Positions 10,148-21,871 of a stretch of 64,000 nucleotides of DNA are shown piece after piece (positions within the stretch are counted from its first letter, which is position 1; each line of letters starts with the position of its first letter). Location: NCBI GenBank assembly GCA_031549385.1, contig JAVBPW010000001.1, forward strand, positions 352,001 to 416,000, given 5' to 3'. The notes beneath the pieces were generated by a model that made no database searches, had not been told where the DNA came from, and saw nothing but the letters and a program-made list of their open reading frames with translations. The DNA comes from Alphaproteobacteria bacterium. Lineage in GTDB: Bacteria; Pseudomonadota; Alphaproteobacteria; Rs-D84; SZUA-605. Made by a program: the position numbers and the translations under genes.

Positions 10148-13100
10148 ATGAAAAATAATTTAAAACTATTCTCAAATGTTACAAAAGAAGAAATGTTTAA
10201 CAAGGTTAAAATATCTATTGCTTCCCCTGATCAAATTAGATCTTGGTCTTTTGGTGAAGTGAAGAAACCTGAAACAATTAATTACAGAACATTTAAACCA
10301 GAAAGAGATGGATTATTCTGTGCAAAAATATTTGGACCTATGAAGGATTACGAATGTTTATGTGGAAAATATCGCAGAATAAAATATCGTGGAGTAATCT
10401 GTGAAAAATGTGGTGTGGAAGTTACTATTAAAAAAGTTCGTCGTGAACGTATGGGACATATCGAACTTGGTACTCCTATTGCTCATATTTGGTTCTTTAA
10501 ATCACTTCCTTCACATTTAGGTGTGTTGCTTGATCTTCCTATGAAGAAAATGGAATCAGTGATTTATTTTGATAACTATATTGTTATTGAACCAGGTTTA
10601 ACATCACTTAAACTTTATGATACTATTTCTGAAGAACAATATCAAAGTGCTTTAGAAGAATACGGCGAAGATTCATTTAAAGTAGGAATCGGAGCTGAAG
10701 CTTTTAAAGAAATTTTAGCAAGTCTTGATTTGGAAGAAGAAAGAAAAAATTTAAGAGTTGCTTTGAAAGAAACTAAATCAGAAACTGTTAGAAAAAAAAT
10801 TGTTAAAAGATTAAAATTAATCGAAAACTTTATCGAATCTAAAGCAAGACCAGAATGGATGGTTATGAATGTACTTCCTGTTATACCACCAGATCTTCGT
10901 CCTTTAGTTCCACTTGATGGTGGAAGATTTGCTACTTCTGATTTGAATGATCTTTATCGTCGTGTTATCAACAGAAATAACAGATTGAAAAAACTGATTG
11001 ATATTAAAGCACCAGAAATTATCGTACGTAACGAAAAAAGAATGTTACAAGAAGCAGTTGATGCTTTGTTTGATAATACTATGGGAAGTCGTCCTGTTAT
11101 GACACATAACAAGAGACCATATAAATCATTGGCTGATAACTTAAAAGGAAAACAAGGACGTTTCAGACAAAACTTACTTGGAAAACGTGTGGATTATTCT
11201 GGAAGATCTGTTATCGTGGCTGGTCCTGAATTGAAATTACATCAATGTGGATTGCCTAAGACTATGGCTTTAGAATTATTTAAACCATTCGTATTTTCTA
11301 AATTAGTTTCTCGCGGTCATGCTAATACTATTAAGACTGCAAAGAAAATGGTTGAAAAACAATTACCAGAAGTTTGGGATATTTTAGAAGAAGTGATTTT
11401 CGAACACCCAGTGTTATTAAATCGTGCTCCTACATTACATAAACTTTCTATTCAGGCTTTTGAACCATTACTTATTGAAGGTAAAGCTATCCAATTGCAC
11501 CCGCTTGTATGTAAAGCGTTTAATGCTGACTTCGACGGTGACCAAATGGCTGTTCACGTTCCTTTGTCTGTTGAAGCTCGATTAGAAGCTCGTGTTTTAA
11601 TGATGGCATCTAATAATATTATTTCATCTTCAAATGGAAAACCTATTATTACTCCTACACAAGACATGGTTCTTGGGGTTTATTGGTTGTCACTTGAAAA
11701 AGATGGTGAAGTTGGTGAAGGAAAAATATTCTCTTCAATTGATGAAATCAAAATGGCTTTAGAATATAAACAAGTTACTTTGCATACTAAAATTAAAGCA
11801 AGAAGATTTGATGGCGAAAAAAATACTGTAGTTGATGCTACTGTTGGAAGAATGTTAATTGATGAAGTGTTTCCAAAACATCCAGGATTGTCATTTTCTT
11901 TAATCAACAGAGTTATAAGAAATAAAGAACTTGCAGAATTAATTTCAGTTATCTATGACGTTGCTGGATCTAAAGATGCTGTTATCTTTGCTGATAAAAT
12001 CAAAAATCTTGGATTTAAACATGCAACACACGCTGGAATTTCTATTGGTAAAGACGATATCTTGGTTCCAGATGCAAAATCAAAATTGTTGAAAGATGCT
12101 TATGATCAAATTGCAGAATTTGAAGCTCAATATCAAGAAGGTTTGATTACTACTGGTGAAAAACATAATAAGAGTATTAGTGTTTGGATGGCATGTACTG
12201 ATTCTATTACAAAAGAAATGATGAAAGTTCTTTCTGCTGATAAAAACTTTAACTCTATTTATATTATGGCTACATCTGGTGCTCGTGGATCTACAAAGCA
12301 AATGAGTCAGTTAGGTGCGATGCGTGGAGTATTGTCTAAACCTAATGGAGATATTATCGAAACCCCTGTTACTTCAAACTATAAAGAAGGTTTGACTGTG
12401 GCTGAATACTTTAATTCAACTCATGGTGCTCGTAAGGGATTAATCGATACTGCTCTTAAGACAGCTGAAGCTGGATACTTTGCAAGAAAGCTTGTAGACG
12501 TTGCTCAAGATTCTATTATCACAATTGATGATTGTGGAACTGATAAAGGTCTTAGACTTTCTGCTGTTGTTGAAGGTAGCACAATCATACAATCACTTGG
12601 CGCAAGAGTAGTTGGAAGAGTTACATTAGAAGATGTTATTGATACAAAAACAAAAGAAGTTTTAGTAAAGAAAGATTCTTTAATTACTGAAATTGATGCT
12701 AAGAGAATCGATACTGCTTCTGTTAATGATATCCTTGTTAGATCTTCTATTACATGTGAAGCTAAGAGAGGAATCTGTGCAAAATGTTATGGAAAAGATA
12801 CTGTAACTAAAAACCTTATTAACTTAGGCGAAGCTGTTGGAGTTTTGGCTGCTCAATCTATTGCAGAACCTGGAACTCAGCTTACACTTAGAACATTCCA
12901 CGTTGGTGGTACTGCTCAAGTTGCTTCTGAAGTTTCTTCTGTTGAATCTTCTATTAATGGTGTTATCAAATTTAAAAATAATAACATTATTGGTGGTGAT
13001 GATAATAGAATCGTTATTTCAAGAAATATGGAAGTTTACTTGCTTGATGATTTAGGTCAAACTAAAGCAAGTTTCAAAATTCCTTATGGTTCTAAGATGT

Positions 13101-14272
13101 ATGTAAAAGATGGAGATAAGATTTCTATTGGTCAAAAGATAGCTGATTGGGATCCTTATATTTTACCTATTATCAATGAAGTTGAAGGTAGTGTTAAATT
13201 TAGAGATTTAGTAGAACATGTTTCTTATAAAGAAGATATAGATTCAAATTCAGGTGTTACTGTAAAATCTATTATCGATTGGAGATTCTCTGCTAAGGGA
13301 CAAAATTTAAAACCTCATATCGAAATTGTTGATGCTAGTGGTCATGTTCTTACATTAGACTCTGGTATGGAAGCTACTTATATGCTTTCAATTGGAACTG
13401 TGCTTTCTGCTAAAGATGGTGCTAAAGTGAAAGTTGGAGATGTGCTTGCTTACTTACCTCGTCAAACATCTAAGAACGTTGATATCACAGGAGGTCTTCC
13501 AAGAGTTACTGAATTGTTCGAAGCAAGACGTCCTAAGAATGCAACTATTATGGTAGAAAAAGATGGTGTTGTAGAATTTGGTGGAAATTATAGAACTCGA
13601 TTATTGGTTAGAATTAAACCAGACGATGGAACAGAGCCTATTGAATATTCTGTACCAAAGGGATTACAACTTAACGTACAATCTGGTGACTATGTAAAAA
13701 AAGGTGAATATCTTTTCAATGGTAACCCAGCTCCTGCTGATATTCTTAGAATATTAGGAGTAGAAGCTTTGGCTGATTACTTGATTAAAGAAATTCAATC
13801 TGTGTTCCGTCTTCAAGGTGTGGAAATTAACGATAAGCACTTCGAAGTTATAATCAGACAAATGTTGAAAAAACAACAAATCGCTGACGCTGGGGATACT
13901 ACATTCTTAGTTGGTGAAGAAGTTGATGAATTTGAATTGAACAGAGAAAATGAAAAAGTAATGGAAATCGGTGGCAGAATTGCTGTTGCTGAAAATGTTT
14001 TACTTGGTATTACTAATGCTTCTTTGAAATCACGTTCATTTATTTCTGCTGCGTCTTTCCAACACACAACTCAAGTGTTAACCCAAGCTGCTGTGTCAGG
14101 TAAAGAAGATAACTTAGAAGGATTGAAGGAAAATGTAATCGTTGGAAGATTAATTCCTGCTGGAACAGGTGCATACATCAACCGTGTTGTTGAAGTTGCA
14201 GAAGAACTTGATGGTGCTTCTGTTGAACCTGAAGAAAAGGAAGAACAATCACAATTGTTACCAGGAATGTAA
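10148..14272 (+). CDS. rpoC: RNA polymerase beta' subunit
   Basis: Zn-finger CLCGK...CEKC, catalytic [19 protein letters not shown]. Confidence 0.99.
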   Translation: MKNNLKLFSNVTKEEMFNKVKISIASPDQIRSWSFGEVKKPETINYRTFKPERDGLFCAKIFGPMKDYECLCGKYRRIKYRGVICEKCGVEVTIKKVRRERMGHIELGTPIAHIWFFKSLPSHLGVLLDLPMKKMESVIYFDNYIVIEPGLTSLKLYDTISEEQYQSALEEYGEDSFKVGIGAEAFKEILASLDLEEERKNLRVALKETKSETVRKKIVKRLKLIENFIESKARPEWMVMNVLPVIPPDLRPLVPLDGGRFATSDLNDLYRRVINRNNRLKKLIDIKAPEIIVRNEKRMLQEAVDALFDNTMGSRPVMTHNKRPYKSLADNLKGKQGRFRQNLLGKRVDYSGRSVIVAGPELKLHQCGLPKTMALELFKPFVFSKLVSRGHANTIKTAKKMVEKQLPEVWDILEEVIFEHPVLLNRAPTLHKLSIQAFEPLLIEGKAIQLHPLVCKAFNADFDGDQMAVHVPLSVEARLEARVLMMASNNIISSSNGKPIITPTQDMVLGVYWLSLEKDGEVGEGKIFSSIDEIKMALEYKQVTLHTKIKARRFDGEKNTVVDATVGRMLIDEVFPKHPGLSFSLINRVIRNKELAELISVIYDVAGSKDAVIFADKIKNLGFKHATHAGISIGKDDILVPDAKSKLLKDAYDQIAEFEAQYQEGLITTGEKHNKSISVWMACTDSITKEMMKVLSADKNFNSIYIMATSGARGSTKQMSQLGAMRGVLSKPNGDIIETPVTSNYKEGLTVAEYFNSTHGARKGLIDTALKTAEAGYFARKLVDVAQDSIITIDDCGTDKGLRLSAVVEGSTIIQSLGARVVGRVTLEDVIDTKTKEVLVKKDSLITEIDAKRIDTASVNDILVRSSITCEAKRGICAKCYGKDTVTKNLINLGEAVGVLAAQSIAEPGTQLTLRTFHVGGTAQVASEVSSVESSINGVIKFKNNNIIGGDDNRIVISRNMEVYLLDDLGQTKASFKIPYGSKMYVKDGDKISIGQKIADWDPYILPIINEVEGSVKFRDLVEHVSYKEDIDSNSGVTVKSIIDWRFSAKGQNLKPHIEIVDASGHVLTLDSGMEATYMLSIGTVLSAKDGAKVKVGDVLAYLPRQTSKNVDITGGLPRVTELFEARRPKNATIMVEKDGVVEFGGNYRTRLLVRIKPDDGTEPIEYSVPKGLQLNVQSGDYVKKGEYLFNGNPAPADILRILGVEALADYLIKEIQSVFRLQGVEINDKHFEVIIRQMLKKQQIADAGDTTFLVGEEVDEFELNRENEKVMEIGGRIAVAENVLLGITNASLKSRSFISAASFQHTTQVLTQAAVSGKEDNLEGLKENVIVGRLIPAGTGAYINRVVEVAEELDGASVEPEEKEEQSQLLPGM

Positions 14273-14290
14273 AATAGGAGAATAAAACGC

Positions 14291-15226
14291 ATGTATTTCG
14301 AATATTATTTAATAGGTTTTGTAATTTTAGTTATGCTGATGTCAGCTTATAAAAAAAATAATCTTAAGGGCCTATTAAATAGTATCGGAGCCATTGCTTT
14401 TGCAGTGTGTTTAGCTCTTGGAGTTAGATCATTTTGGTTCGAACCTTTTAATATTCCTTCTGGATCTATGATTCCTACTTTGGAAATTGGAGATCATCTT
14501 TTTATTTCTAAATATTCTTATGGATATACTCGTTTTTCTTTTCCGTTATCACCTTCTTTCTTTAAAGGAATTTGGTTTGATAAACCTATTAAAAGAGGGG
14601 ACATAGTTGTGTTTAGAAATCCTGATAATTTGAAAGTTGATTTTATTAAGCGTGTTGTTGCATTGCCTGGTGAAAAAGTTCAAATGAAAGGTGGAACCCT
14701 TTATATAAATGGTAAGAAAGTTGAAAAGAATTACGTTGGTGAATATGTTATGGCTGATTTAGCTAGACAATGGGAAGGTCGACCACTTCCTACTAAGGCA
14801 GGAAACAGAATCGTTAAAGTTGTTAAAAATGATTTGTATTTAGATGGTCAAAAATTTGATAATTATACTATTAATTATTCTGAACTTTATAATTGTATGG
14901 GAACTTGTGAACCATTTGTTTTGAAAAAATATAAAGAAACATTACCTAATGGAGTTAGCTATTTTGTTATTGAAAAAAGTGACATGGAAGCTTTAGATAA
15001 TACTCCTGAAGTTGTTATACCTGAAGGACAATATTTTATGATGGGTGATGATAGAGATTTTTCTGGCGATAGCCGTGTTTTTGGACCTGTGAATAAAGAA
15101 AATGTTATTGGTAAAGCTAGATTTATTTTCTTTTCTCATAACCACAGAAAACCATTTTTATCTTGGATAGTTTGGCCTTTTGGTCAACTTAGATTTGATA
15201 GATTTTTCGATAAAATCCAAGACTAG
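14291..15226 (+). CDS. lepB: Signal peptidase I
   Basis: IPSGSMIPTL, DFIKRVVALPGE, GDDRDFSGDSR. Confidence 0.97.
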   Translation: MYFEYYLIGFVILVMLMSAYKKNNLKGLLNSIGAIAFAVCLALGVRSFWFEPFNIPSGSMIPTLEIGDHLFISKYSYGYTRFSFPLSPSFFKGIWFDKPIKRGDIVVFRNPDNLKVDFIKRVVALPGEKVQMKGGTLYINGKKVEKNYVGEYVMADLARQWEGRPLPTKAGNRIVKVVKNDLYLDGQKFDNYTINYSELYNCMGTCEPFVLKKYKETLPNGVSYFVIEKSDMEALDNTPEVVIPEGQYFMMGDDRDFSGDSRVFGPVNKENVIGKARFIFFSHNHRKPFLSWIVWPFGQLRFDRFFDKIQD

Positions 15227-15272
15227 AATTTTTAATAAAAACATTTTAAATAAATAATCAAACATAAATACT

Positions 15273-15569
15273 ATGGCTGATAATAGAAATAGGTATAAGT
15301 TTCAATTCAATGCTGGTAAAAGTGAGTTGGGACGACCAATAGTAGAGCAACAGGTAATTGATGGTGACTTGGTTTTATCAGACAACTGGTCACAAGAAAA
15401 CTTTGCTAGAGAAATTTTCCAAGACTTGATGGATGATTATAAAAAGTCATCTACAGCTAATGGTGACAGATCATTTAAGATTAAGTTTACTTTTAAACTT
15501 TTTGATACTTTACAACAAGAGGCTGTGAAAGAATATCAGAGGTATTGTTTTGTTTCAAGTTTAAAGTAA
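15273..15569 (+). CDS. Hypothetical protein (cassette class)
   Basis: 98 aa ORF; SD-less leader AATAATCAAACATAAATACTATG; bidirectional terminator AAAAGCGGC/GCCGCTTTT at ~15591-15614. Confidence 0.7.
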   Translation: MADNRNRYKFQFNAGKSELGRPIVEQQVIDGDLVLSDNWSQENFAREIFQDLMDDYKKSSTANGDRSFKIKFTFKLFDTLQQEAVKEYQRYCFVSSLK

Positions 15570-15617
15570 ATCTGATGTTAAAGGTATTAAAAAAGCGGCA
15601 TTTAGCCGCTTTTTTGT

Positions 15618-17015
15618 TTATTTCTTTTTAGAATCTTTCTTGGTTTCTTCTTTCTTTTCTTCTATTTTCTTTTCATTAGATTTTTCTTTAGCATCAATTT
15701 CTTTCTTTTCTTTTGCTAAAAAATCTTTTGGTTTTTCGTATACTGTTAAACCTTGTAAAATATCCATAGCTCTTTCAAGTTGGTAGTCTTTTACTTTTTC
15801 TTCTTTCTTATCATCTTTCTTTTTTGTTTCTTTTTTATCTAATGATTTTGCAAGAGAGTTTTCAGTAAACAATTCTTTTGATTCTATTTCTTCTACCTTT
15901 GCTTGTTTTACTTCAATATCTGGAATGATTCCTGTTCCTTGGATTGATTTTCCAGATGGTGTGAAATAACGTGCTGTTGTTATCTTTATAGCTGTTGAAT
16001 TACCAATTGAAAACATTGTTTGCACAGATCCTTTACCAAATGATTTTGTTCCAACTATTACTGCTCTTTTGTGGTCTTGTAATGCACCAGCTACAATTTC
16101 ACTTGCTGAAGCTGATCCACCGTTGATTAATACTACGATTGGTTTGTCTTCTGTTAAATCACCTTCTGTTGCAAAGCTTGATGATGAGTTTTTTGAATCA
16201 CGTCCACGTGTTGATACTATTTCGCCACTTTGTAAAAATGCGTCTGATACCAAGATAGCTTGTGGAAGTAATCCGCCAGGGTTGTTTCTTAAATCAACTA
16301 TATAACCTTTTATATTGCCTTTAGAGTCTTTATTTAACTTTCTGATACCTTTCTTTAAGTCATCAAATGTTTTTTCTGAGAATGTTGATACTCTGATATA
16401 ACCTAATGTTTTATCTCTTTTCAATTCTGTCTTTACAGCGTCTGCTCTTATTACAGCTCTTTTTAATGTTAAATTGAATGGTTCTTTGTTTTCACGGAAG
16501 ATTGTTAATTTAACTTTTGTTCCTGGTTTTCCTTTCATTTTTTTAACGGCATCATTTAAATTTAAACCTATTACTTGTTCGTCATCAATATGTGTTATTA
16601 AGTCGCCAGGTTCAATTCCAGCTTTTGAAGCAGGAGAATCATCCATTGGAGATATAACTTTTACAGCTTTTGTGTCTTTATCTAATGTGATTTGAATTCC
16701 AAGTCCACCAAATTCACCTGATGTGTCTTCTGTGATTTCTTTGTATTCTTCTTTATTTAAAAAGTGTGAGTGAGGGTCAAGAGAAGATAACATTCCATTC
16801 ATTGCTTCTTCAAGCATTTGTCTTTCATCTGTTTCTTCTACATAATTGTTTCTTGCCATTTCAAAAATTTCACCAAATAATTCCATCATTTGATAAATTT
16901 CTGTTTTTGATAAGTGTTCTACTTTTTTTTCAGCTTTTTTTGTTTGGCAGAATCCTGTTGTTGATATAGCAATTATTGTTAGTGATAATATGATATTTTT
17001 TAATAATTTTAACAT
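15618..17015 (-). CDS. ctpA: S41 family C-terminal processing protease with PDZ domain
   Basis: LDPHS, GLGIQI (PDZ), DLRNNPGG, SASASEI, SFGKGSVQ; ATG 17015 preceded by GAGGGA. Confidence 0.95.
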   Translation of the reverse strand: MLKLLKNIILSLTIIAISTTGFCQTKKAEKKVEHLSKTEIYQMMELFGEIFEMARNNYVEETDERQMLEEAMNGMLSSLDPHSHFLNKEEYKEITEDTSGEFGGLGIQITLDKDTKAVKVISPMDDSPASKAGIEPGDLITHIDDEQVIGLNLNDAVKKMKGKPGTKVKLTIFRENKEPFNLTLKRAVIRADAVKTELKRDKTLGYIRVSTFSEKTFDDLKKGIRKLNKDSKGNIKGYIVDLRNNPGGLLPQAILVSDAFLQSGEIVSTRGRDSKNSSSSFATEGDLTEDKPIVVLINGGSASASEIVAGALQDHKRAVIVGTKSFGKGSVQTMFSIGNSTAIKITTARYFTPSGKSIQGTGIIPDIEVKQAKVEEIESKELFTENSLAKSLDKKETKKKDDKKEEKVKDYQLERAMDILQGLTVYEKPKDFLAKEKKEIDAKEKSNEKKIEEKKEETKKDSKKK

Positions 17016-17062
17016 TTTTTCCCTCTTAGATTTTAACTTCAATTATTATAAAAGTATTGTTG

Positions 17063-18187
17063 TTAATTTACAATAAAATAATTACCTGGATTTAATGGTT
17101 TGTTCTTATACCTTATTTCTAGATATACTGTTCTGCTTTGGCCTACTTCTCCTACTGGAGTTCCTTTAGCTACATTTTGTCCTTCTTGTACATAAATAGC
17201 TCCTAAATTTGCTATGATTGTATGGAAGTTTTGATTGTGTTCAATAATGATTAATTTGTTATATCCTTTAAAGTAATCTGCGAAAATTACTACACCTTGG
17301 TGAGTTGATGTTACTGTTGCATCTGAACCTGTTCTTATTTTCCAACCGTCAGATTTAATTTTGTTTTCATTTGCTTCACCAAAAACTTGTATTATTGTTC
17401 CATCTGCTGGAAGTGGCGCTTTTGGTAGCCTTGGAGCAGTACCTGTATATTTTTCATATTTGTCTTGGGCTGTTTTTTTTGCTAATGCTTTTTTCAAAAA
17501 TTCTTCTAAGTTTCTTGACTGTTGAGCAAGCTTTTGAATGTTTGATTCCACTTGTTTCTTTTCACTTTTTATATCGTTTAATTTTTGAGTTTGCTCATTT
17601 ATGGTGGATTTCATAGATGATTGTTTTTGTGTTAAATCTTTTTTATTTCTGTCTATGTTGGTTTTTGTTTCTGAAATTTGTTCTTGATTTTTTTCTACCT
17701 TTTCAATTAAGTCATAATAAACTTTAAATTTTTCTTCTGATAAGATAATTGAGTTTTCTAATGTTATTGCTGATGTTAATTGATTTGATATGTCTGATGA
17801 AGTTTCAAGCAAAATAGGTTGTGGGGTTAATGCAAACATTTGTAAGATTGCTATTGCTTCTGACATTTCCTTTTGCATTTCTTTCATTTCTTGTTCATAT
17901 GTGTCTCTTTGCTTGTTTAAAAAAGTTAATTGAGAATCGAGATTGTTGATTTTCTTTTCAGATTCTCTTATTGAAGATGCTATTGTTATTAGTTTTTGCT
18001 CGTTAATAGATACTACTTTCTGGATTTCTTTGTCTTTTTGATCAAGTTTGCTTTTTTCTTGTTTTTGACGAGCTAACTCTTGTTTGAGCTTTACTAAATC
18101 TTGTTGTGTTTTTTCTTCCTGGGCAAAAACGAAGGATATATTACATAGAATTAGTGTCAAAATTAAAAAAAAGTGTTTTACTTTCAT
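17063..18187 (-). CDS. envC: EnvC-like murein hydrolase activator (coiled coil + degenerate M23 domain)
   Basis: Signal peptide, long coiled coil, C-terminal LytM-like domain (VYLEIR..KPLNP) lacking Zn ligands; upstream of ctpA. Confidence 0.8.
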   Translation of the reverse strand: MKVKHFFLILTLILCNISFVFAQEEKTQQDLVKLKQELARQKQEKSKLDQKDKEIQKVVSINEQKLITIASSIRESEKKINNLDSQLTFLNKQRDTYEQEMKEMQKEMSEAIAILQMFALTPQPILLETSSDISNQLTSAITLENSIILSEEKFKVYYDLIEKVEKNQEQISETKTNIDRNKKDLTQKQSSMKSTINEQTQKLNDIKSEKKQVESNIQKLAQQSRNLEEFLKKALAKKTAQDKYEKYTGTAPRLPKAPLPADGTIIQVFGEANENKIKSDGWKIRTGSDATVTSTHQGVVIFADYFKGYNKLIIIEHNQNFHTIIANLGAIYVQEGQNVAKGTPVGEVGQSRTVYLEIRYKNKPLNPGNYFIVN

Positions 18188-18229
18188 GAATTATAATTCT
18201 ATCATTATTGTAAGAAAAGGCAAGTAGCA

Positions 18230-19345
18230 ATGACTAAAAAAATGAATGTCATTTTAGATGACAAAATTATAGCCGGTATCTTTGCTTTGTTTCCAGGTAA
18301 GATTTATTTGGTTGGCGGAGCTCTTCGCAATTTTTTCCTTAAAAAAAATATTGGTGACTTTGACTTTGCGGTGGGAATTCCTTTTGCAGAAGTTTGTAAT
18401 ATATTAGATCAAAAGAAAGTAGTGTACCGAATCGTTTCTTCTGAATATGGAGTTGTTAGAGTTTTTGTTAAAAATAGAGAATTTGAAATTACTTCATTTC
18501 GAATCGATACTCAAACTTTTGGGAGAAGTGCAACTTGTACTTTTACTCCTGATATTTATCAAGATGCTAAACGTCGTGATTTTACTGTGAATGCTATTTA
18601 TATGGATGGGGAAGGAAACTTTATTGATCCTTATAATGGAATTACAGATATAAAAAATAAAATACTAAAGTTTATTGGTGATCCTTTAATCAGAGTTTCT
18701 GAAGATGTTTTGAGAATCTTGAGATATTTTAGGTTTTTACCTTACTTTCCTGTCATAGATAAGAAATCTTTTGATGTTTGCCATAACAGTATTTACTTAG
18801 TTGAAACACTATCTGCGAATCGAATTAGAGATGAATTAGAAAAAGCTTTAGATAGTTCTATGTGTTTTGAGATTATTGAATATTATTATAAATATAAAGT
18901 GTTTAAATTTGTTCCTGATGCACTTGAAAATTATAAAAAACTTTTAAAACAAGAAAAAATTCAAGGACAAACTTCTTGGATTAGAGCTTTGTTTGTTTTG
19001 TTTAAAGATTATTCCTTTGTTGGTTTGAAAAAAGAAGAACTGAAACATTTACAAAATCTTAAGTCTGCATTTGCTGAAAACTTAACTCCTAGAGTTTGTT
19101 GGTTTTATTATGGTAAAAATATAACCTATGATCTTTGTTTGATGCAAAATAAATTAGATGAATTCTGTCAAATAGATGATGTTATTTTTCCTGTTTCTTT
19201 CAATGAAGCAGAGGCTCTTTTGAAAAAAGATTTGCCTAAAGTTATTATTAGAAAATACAATTCTATGAAAGAAAAATGGATAGAGTCAGATTGTATGTTG
19301 AATAAAAAGGAACTCTTGAAGATTTTAGTTGAGTTTTCATTTTAA
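18230..19345 (+). CDS. cca: CCA tRNA nucleotidyltransferase
   Basis: LVGGALRN, DFDFA, RRDFTVNA, EDVLRILRYFRF. Confidence 0.9.
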   Translation: MTKKMNVILDDKIIAGIFALFPGKIYLVGGALRNFFLKKNIGDFDFAVGIPFAEVCNILDQKKVVYRIVSSEYGVVRVFVKNREFEITSFRIDTQTFGRSATCTFTPDIYQDAKRRDFTVNAIYMDGEGNFIDPYNGITDIKNKILKFIGDPLIRVSEDVLRILRYFRFLPYFPVIDKKSFDVCHNSIYLVETLSANRIRDELEKALDSSMCFEIIEYYYKYKVFKFVPDALENYKKLLKQEKIQGQTSWIRALFVLFKDYSFVGLKKEELKHLQNLKSAFAENLTPRVCWFYYGKNITYDLCLMQNKLDEFCQIDDVIFPVSFNEAEALLKKDLPKVIIRKYNSMKEKWIESDCMLNKKELLKILVEFSF

Positions 19346-19396
19346 GTTATTAAAATATTTAAATGAAAATATTTAAGTGTTTTTAAGGAGAGAAAT

Positions 19397-19558
19397 ATGA
19401 GAAAATTATTAACATTATTGGCAGTGGTTGTTTTGGTATCATCTTGTGGTGGTGGAATCTATCAAAGAGATCCTGTTTCTGTTGGGCCTGATAATTCTGA
19501 ATTGAAAATATCACCTTGTGCTTGTCTTAAAGTAAAACAAACAACTCCTTTTGTTTAA
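19397..19558 (+). CDS. VirB7-like small lipoprotein (53 aa; not in ORF track)
   Basis: MRKLLTLLAVVVLVSSCGGGIYQRDPVSVGPDNSELKISPCACLKVKQTTPFV; SD AAGGAG; lipobox and KxSPCAC; precedes two VirB8-like genes. Confidence 0.75.
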   Translation: MRKLLTLLAVVVLVSSCGGGIYQRDPVSVGPDNSELKISPCACLKVKQTTPFV

Positions 19559-19575
19559 TAGTTTCTTAAAACATT

Positions 19576-20376
19576 ATGAAAAATGAAGATCAAGTTGTTT
19601 TTCCGTTTAAGGTAGATGTTCCATCCTTCCCTGAAAGAAGATGGGTTAGAGCTTGTCGTATCTTTGTTTATATAATATGCATTAATTTAGTTTTTTCTTT
19701 AGCATTTGCTTTTTTATTATTGCTATATAGCGATAAAAAAACTACTTTTCCTGCTTTTTTATATTTTTCTAATAAATATAGCAAGTTTGAAAAACTTGAA
19801 TTTAAAGATATGGCTTTGAAAAAAGATATGAGTATTTCTCAAAGAGCTTTACTTGAAGAGCAATTTATTAAAACATATTTGGAAGCTCGATATAATGTTA
19901 ATGACTTTATGGCTGATAATCTTTATAAGTGGTGTAATTGTATTGTAGATGAAAATGGAAAAAGAATTATTAGAAACTCTTATCTTAAAAGAGAAAATAT
20001 AAGGTGTTCTTTATGTATGATGTCTGAAGCAGATGTTTATACTAATTTTATAAAAAAAGAAAGAGATGGACTTGTTAATAATTTGAAAACATATGGACCT
20101 TCACGAATCCAAGTTAATAATATAAAGAAGGTTATGGAAGTTTCTTCTAAAAATTCTGGTTCATTCCCTTATAATATTTATATGGTTGAAATGAAAACAT
20201 ACTATGCTGATAGAACTTTTATTAATCAAAGAGTTTTTTTGGGAGTTGCTTCTGTTCAAGCTGTTAATGAAAAAAGACTTAAAGAAGAAGAAAAAATACA
20301 TTTTGAAGCACAACCTTATTTGTTTAAAGTAGTGTCTTTTAGTGTTAGTGACTTTACAGGAGGTAAGAAAAAATGA
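19576..20376 (+). CDS. VirB8-like bitopic protein
   Basis: Single N-terminal TM, then FIKTYLEARY helix, ..VYTNF.., C-terminal FKVVSFSV as in VirB8. Confidence 0.6.
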   Translation: MKNEDQVVFPFKVDVPSFPERRWVRACRIFVYIICINLVFSLAFAFLLLLYSDKKTTFPAFLYFSNKYSKFEKLEFKDMALKKDMSISQRALLEEQFIKTYLEARYNVNDFMADNLYKWCNCIVDENGKRIIRNSYLKRENIRCSLCMMSEADVYTNFIKKERDGLVNNLKTYGPSRIQVNNIKKVMEVSSKNSGSFPYNIYMVEMKTYYADRTFINQRVFLGVASVQAVNEKRLKEEEKIHFEAQPYLFKVVSFSVSDFTGGKKK

Positions 20377-21056
20377 AAACAAATCTTACTTTTTTGAGTA
20401 TAGTTGCTTTTGTTAGTATTGTTGTAAATGCATTACTCGCTTTCTTTATTTTTAATCTTTCATCATCTGATACTTTTGAAAAGACACCTATGTTCGTTCA
20501 AGACTTTAATAATTCAAATGATAGTATTATTTTTATTGATTATAACTATGATAATTTAACTGAAGAAGATAAATATTTCTTATCATCACAACTTGTTAAA
20601 CAGTATATTGTTGATAGATATACTTTTATACCAGATCAGAACTATTTTGACTCAAAACTCGGTGTTTGGTATGAAAAAGGTGGTCGTGGGGCTGATTTGG
20701 GAGATCCTAGATTCCCTCTTGGAATTATAAATACTTTTGATTTTAATAAGGGAAAAAGTAACTCTGTTTGGATAAGGTTTAAAGATCCTAAAGTTGGTCA
20801 ATATAATGAATTTGAAGATATGCTAAAAGATGGTGTTACTCAACAAGTTGAAATTGTTAGAGAACCTCGACTTGAAAAAGAATATTGGGTTGTTGTTATA
20901 AATATTTATAGAAAAGAATTAGGTAAACCAACTACTGTTACAAGAAAAATTGTTCAATTAAGGGTGCAACTTGAGGGAGTACTTAATCCAGCTGCGTTGG
21001 AAGAAAGACCAGAGTTCTACTTCAAATTTATTGTACAAGATTTTAAAGATGAATAA
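20373..21056 (+). CDS. Second VirB8-like protein
   Basis: N-terminal TM, PMFV, LVKQYIVDRY, SVWIRF, C-terminal FIVQDF; overlaps upstream stop. Confidence 0.55.
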   Translation: MKTNLTFLSIVAFVSIVVNALLAFFIFNLSSSDTFEKTPMFVQDFNNSNDSIIFIDYNYDNLTEEDKYFLSSQLVKQYIVDRYTFIPDQNYFDSKLGVWYEKGGRGADLGDPRFPLGIINTFDFNKGKSNSVWIRFKDPKVGQYNEFEDMLKDGVTQQVEIVREPRLEKEYWVVVINIYRKELGKPTTVTRKIVQLRVQLEGVLNPAALEERPEFYFKFIVQDFKDE

Positions 21057-21175
21057 AATTTATCTAATTGGCTGCAAGACAAAATTATTAAAAATTCATT
21101 CACAATCACATAGCTTCAGTATGCTCATGTGAATTAATTTTGAATACTTTCGTTTTCGCTCAATTATCTGAAATT
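21057..21175 (+). repeat. Palindromic element copy B (RPE-like)
   Basis: GCTGCAA...AAAATTCATTCACAATCA-CATA-N7-TATG-CTCATGTGAATTAATTTT...CTTTCGTTTTCGCT. Confidence 0.7.
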
Positions 21176-21189
21176 TTAAAAGGAATATA

Positions 21190-21792
21190 ATGAAAAATAT
21201 TTTAATCTTTGATATTGATGGGACTAATAGTATTATTGTTTATGATGAAAAATCTTGCATAATTATAGATCCTGTTGGGGATGTTAATTTTTGGATTAAA
21301 AAAATTAATGAATTAAAAATTCCTTTGAAAGCTATTTATGTTACTCATGGTCATTATGATCATATTGAAACCGTTGCTGATTTAGTTGAACATTTTAATG
21401 TTCCTTGGTTTATGCATGAAGGTGATGTTCAATTAAGTATAATAGGAGTTGCTTTTAGACCTTATAAAGTTCCTAAAAATCCGAATCCAATTAATGAAGG
21501 TAAAATTAATTTCACAGATACTATAAAAGGGGAGATTTTTTATACTCCTGGACATAGTGGTGGAAGTTGCTGTTTTTATTTTCCTGAATATAATTTTATT
21601 ATTACTGGGGATACTTTATTTAAGGGGACTATTGGGGCTACTCATTTTCCTTTTTCGAATCCAAAAGATATGGAAGAAAGTTTGGTTCAAATTAAAAACT
21701 GGAAGATTCCTTTAGATACAGTTGTTATTCCTGGACATGGAGATATTACTACTTTTGGTGATGAACTTGAGAGAAACCCCTTTTTAAAATAA
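21190..21792 (+). CDS. MBL-fold metallo-hydrolase (glyoxalase II-like)
   Basis: THGHYDH, TPGHS, TGDTLF, PGHG. Confidence 0.92.
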   Translation: MKNILIFDIDGTNSIIVYDEKSCIIIDPVGDVNFWIKKINELKIPLKAIYVTHGHYDHIETVADLVEHFNVPWFMHEGDVQLSIIGVAFRPYKVPKNPNPINEGKINFTDTIKGEIFYTPGHSGGSCCFYFPEYNFIITGDTLFKGTIGATHFPFSNPKDMEESLVQIKNWKIPLDTVVIPGHGDITTFGDELERNPFLK

Positions 21793-21871
21793 GGTTTGAT
21801 TTTTCTGTAATTTTTATTATCATTTAATGTAAATATAAATCTTAAATTTAAAAATAAAAAATAATCCTTAT

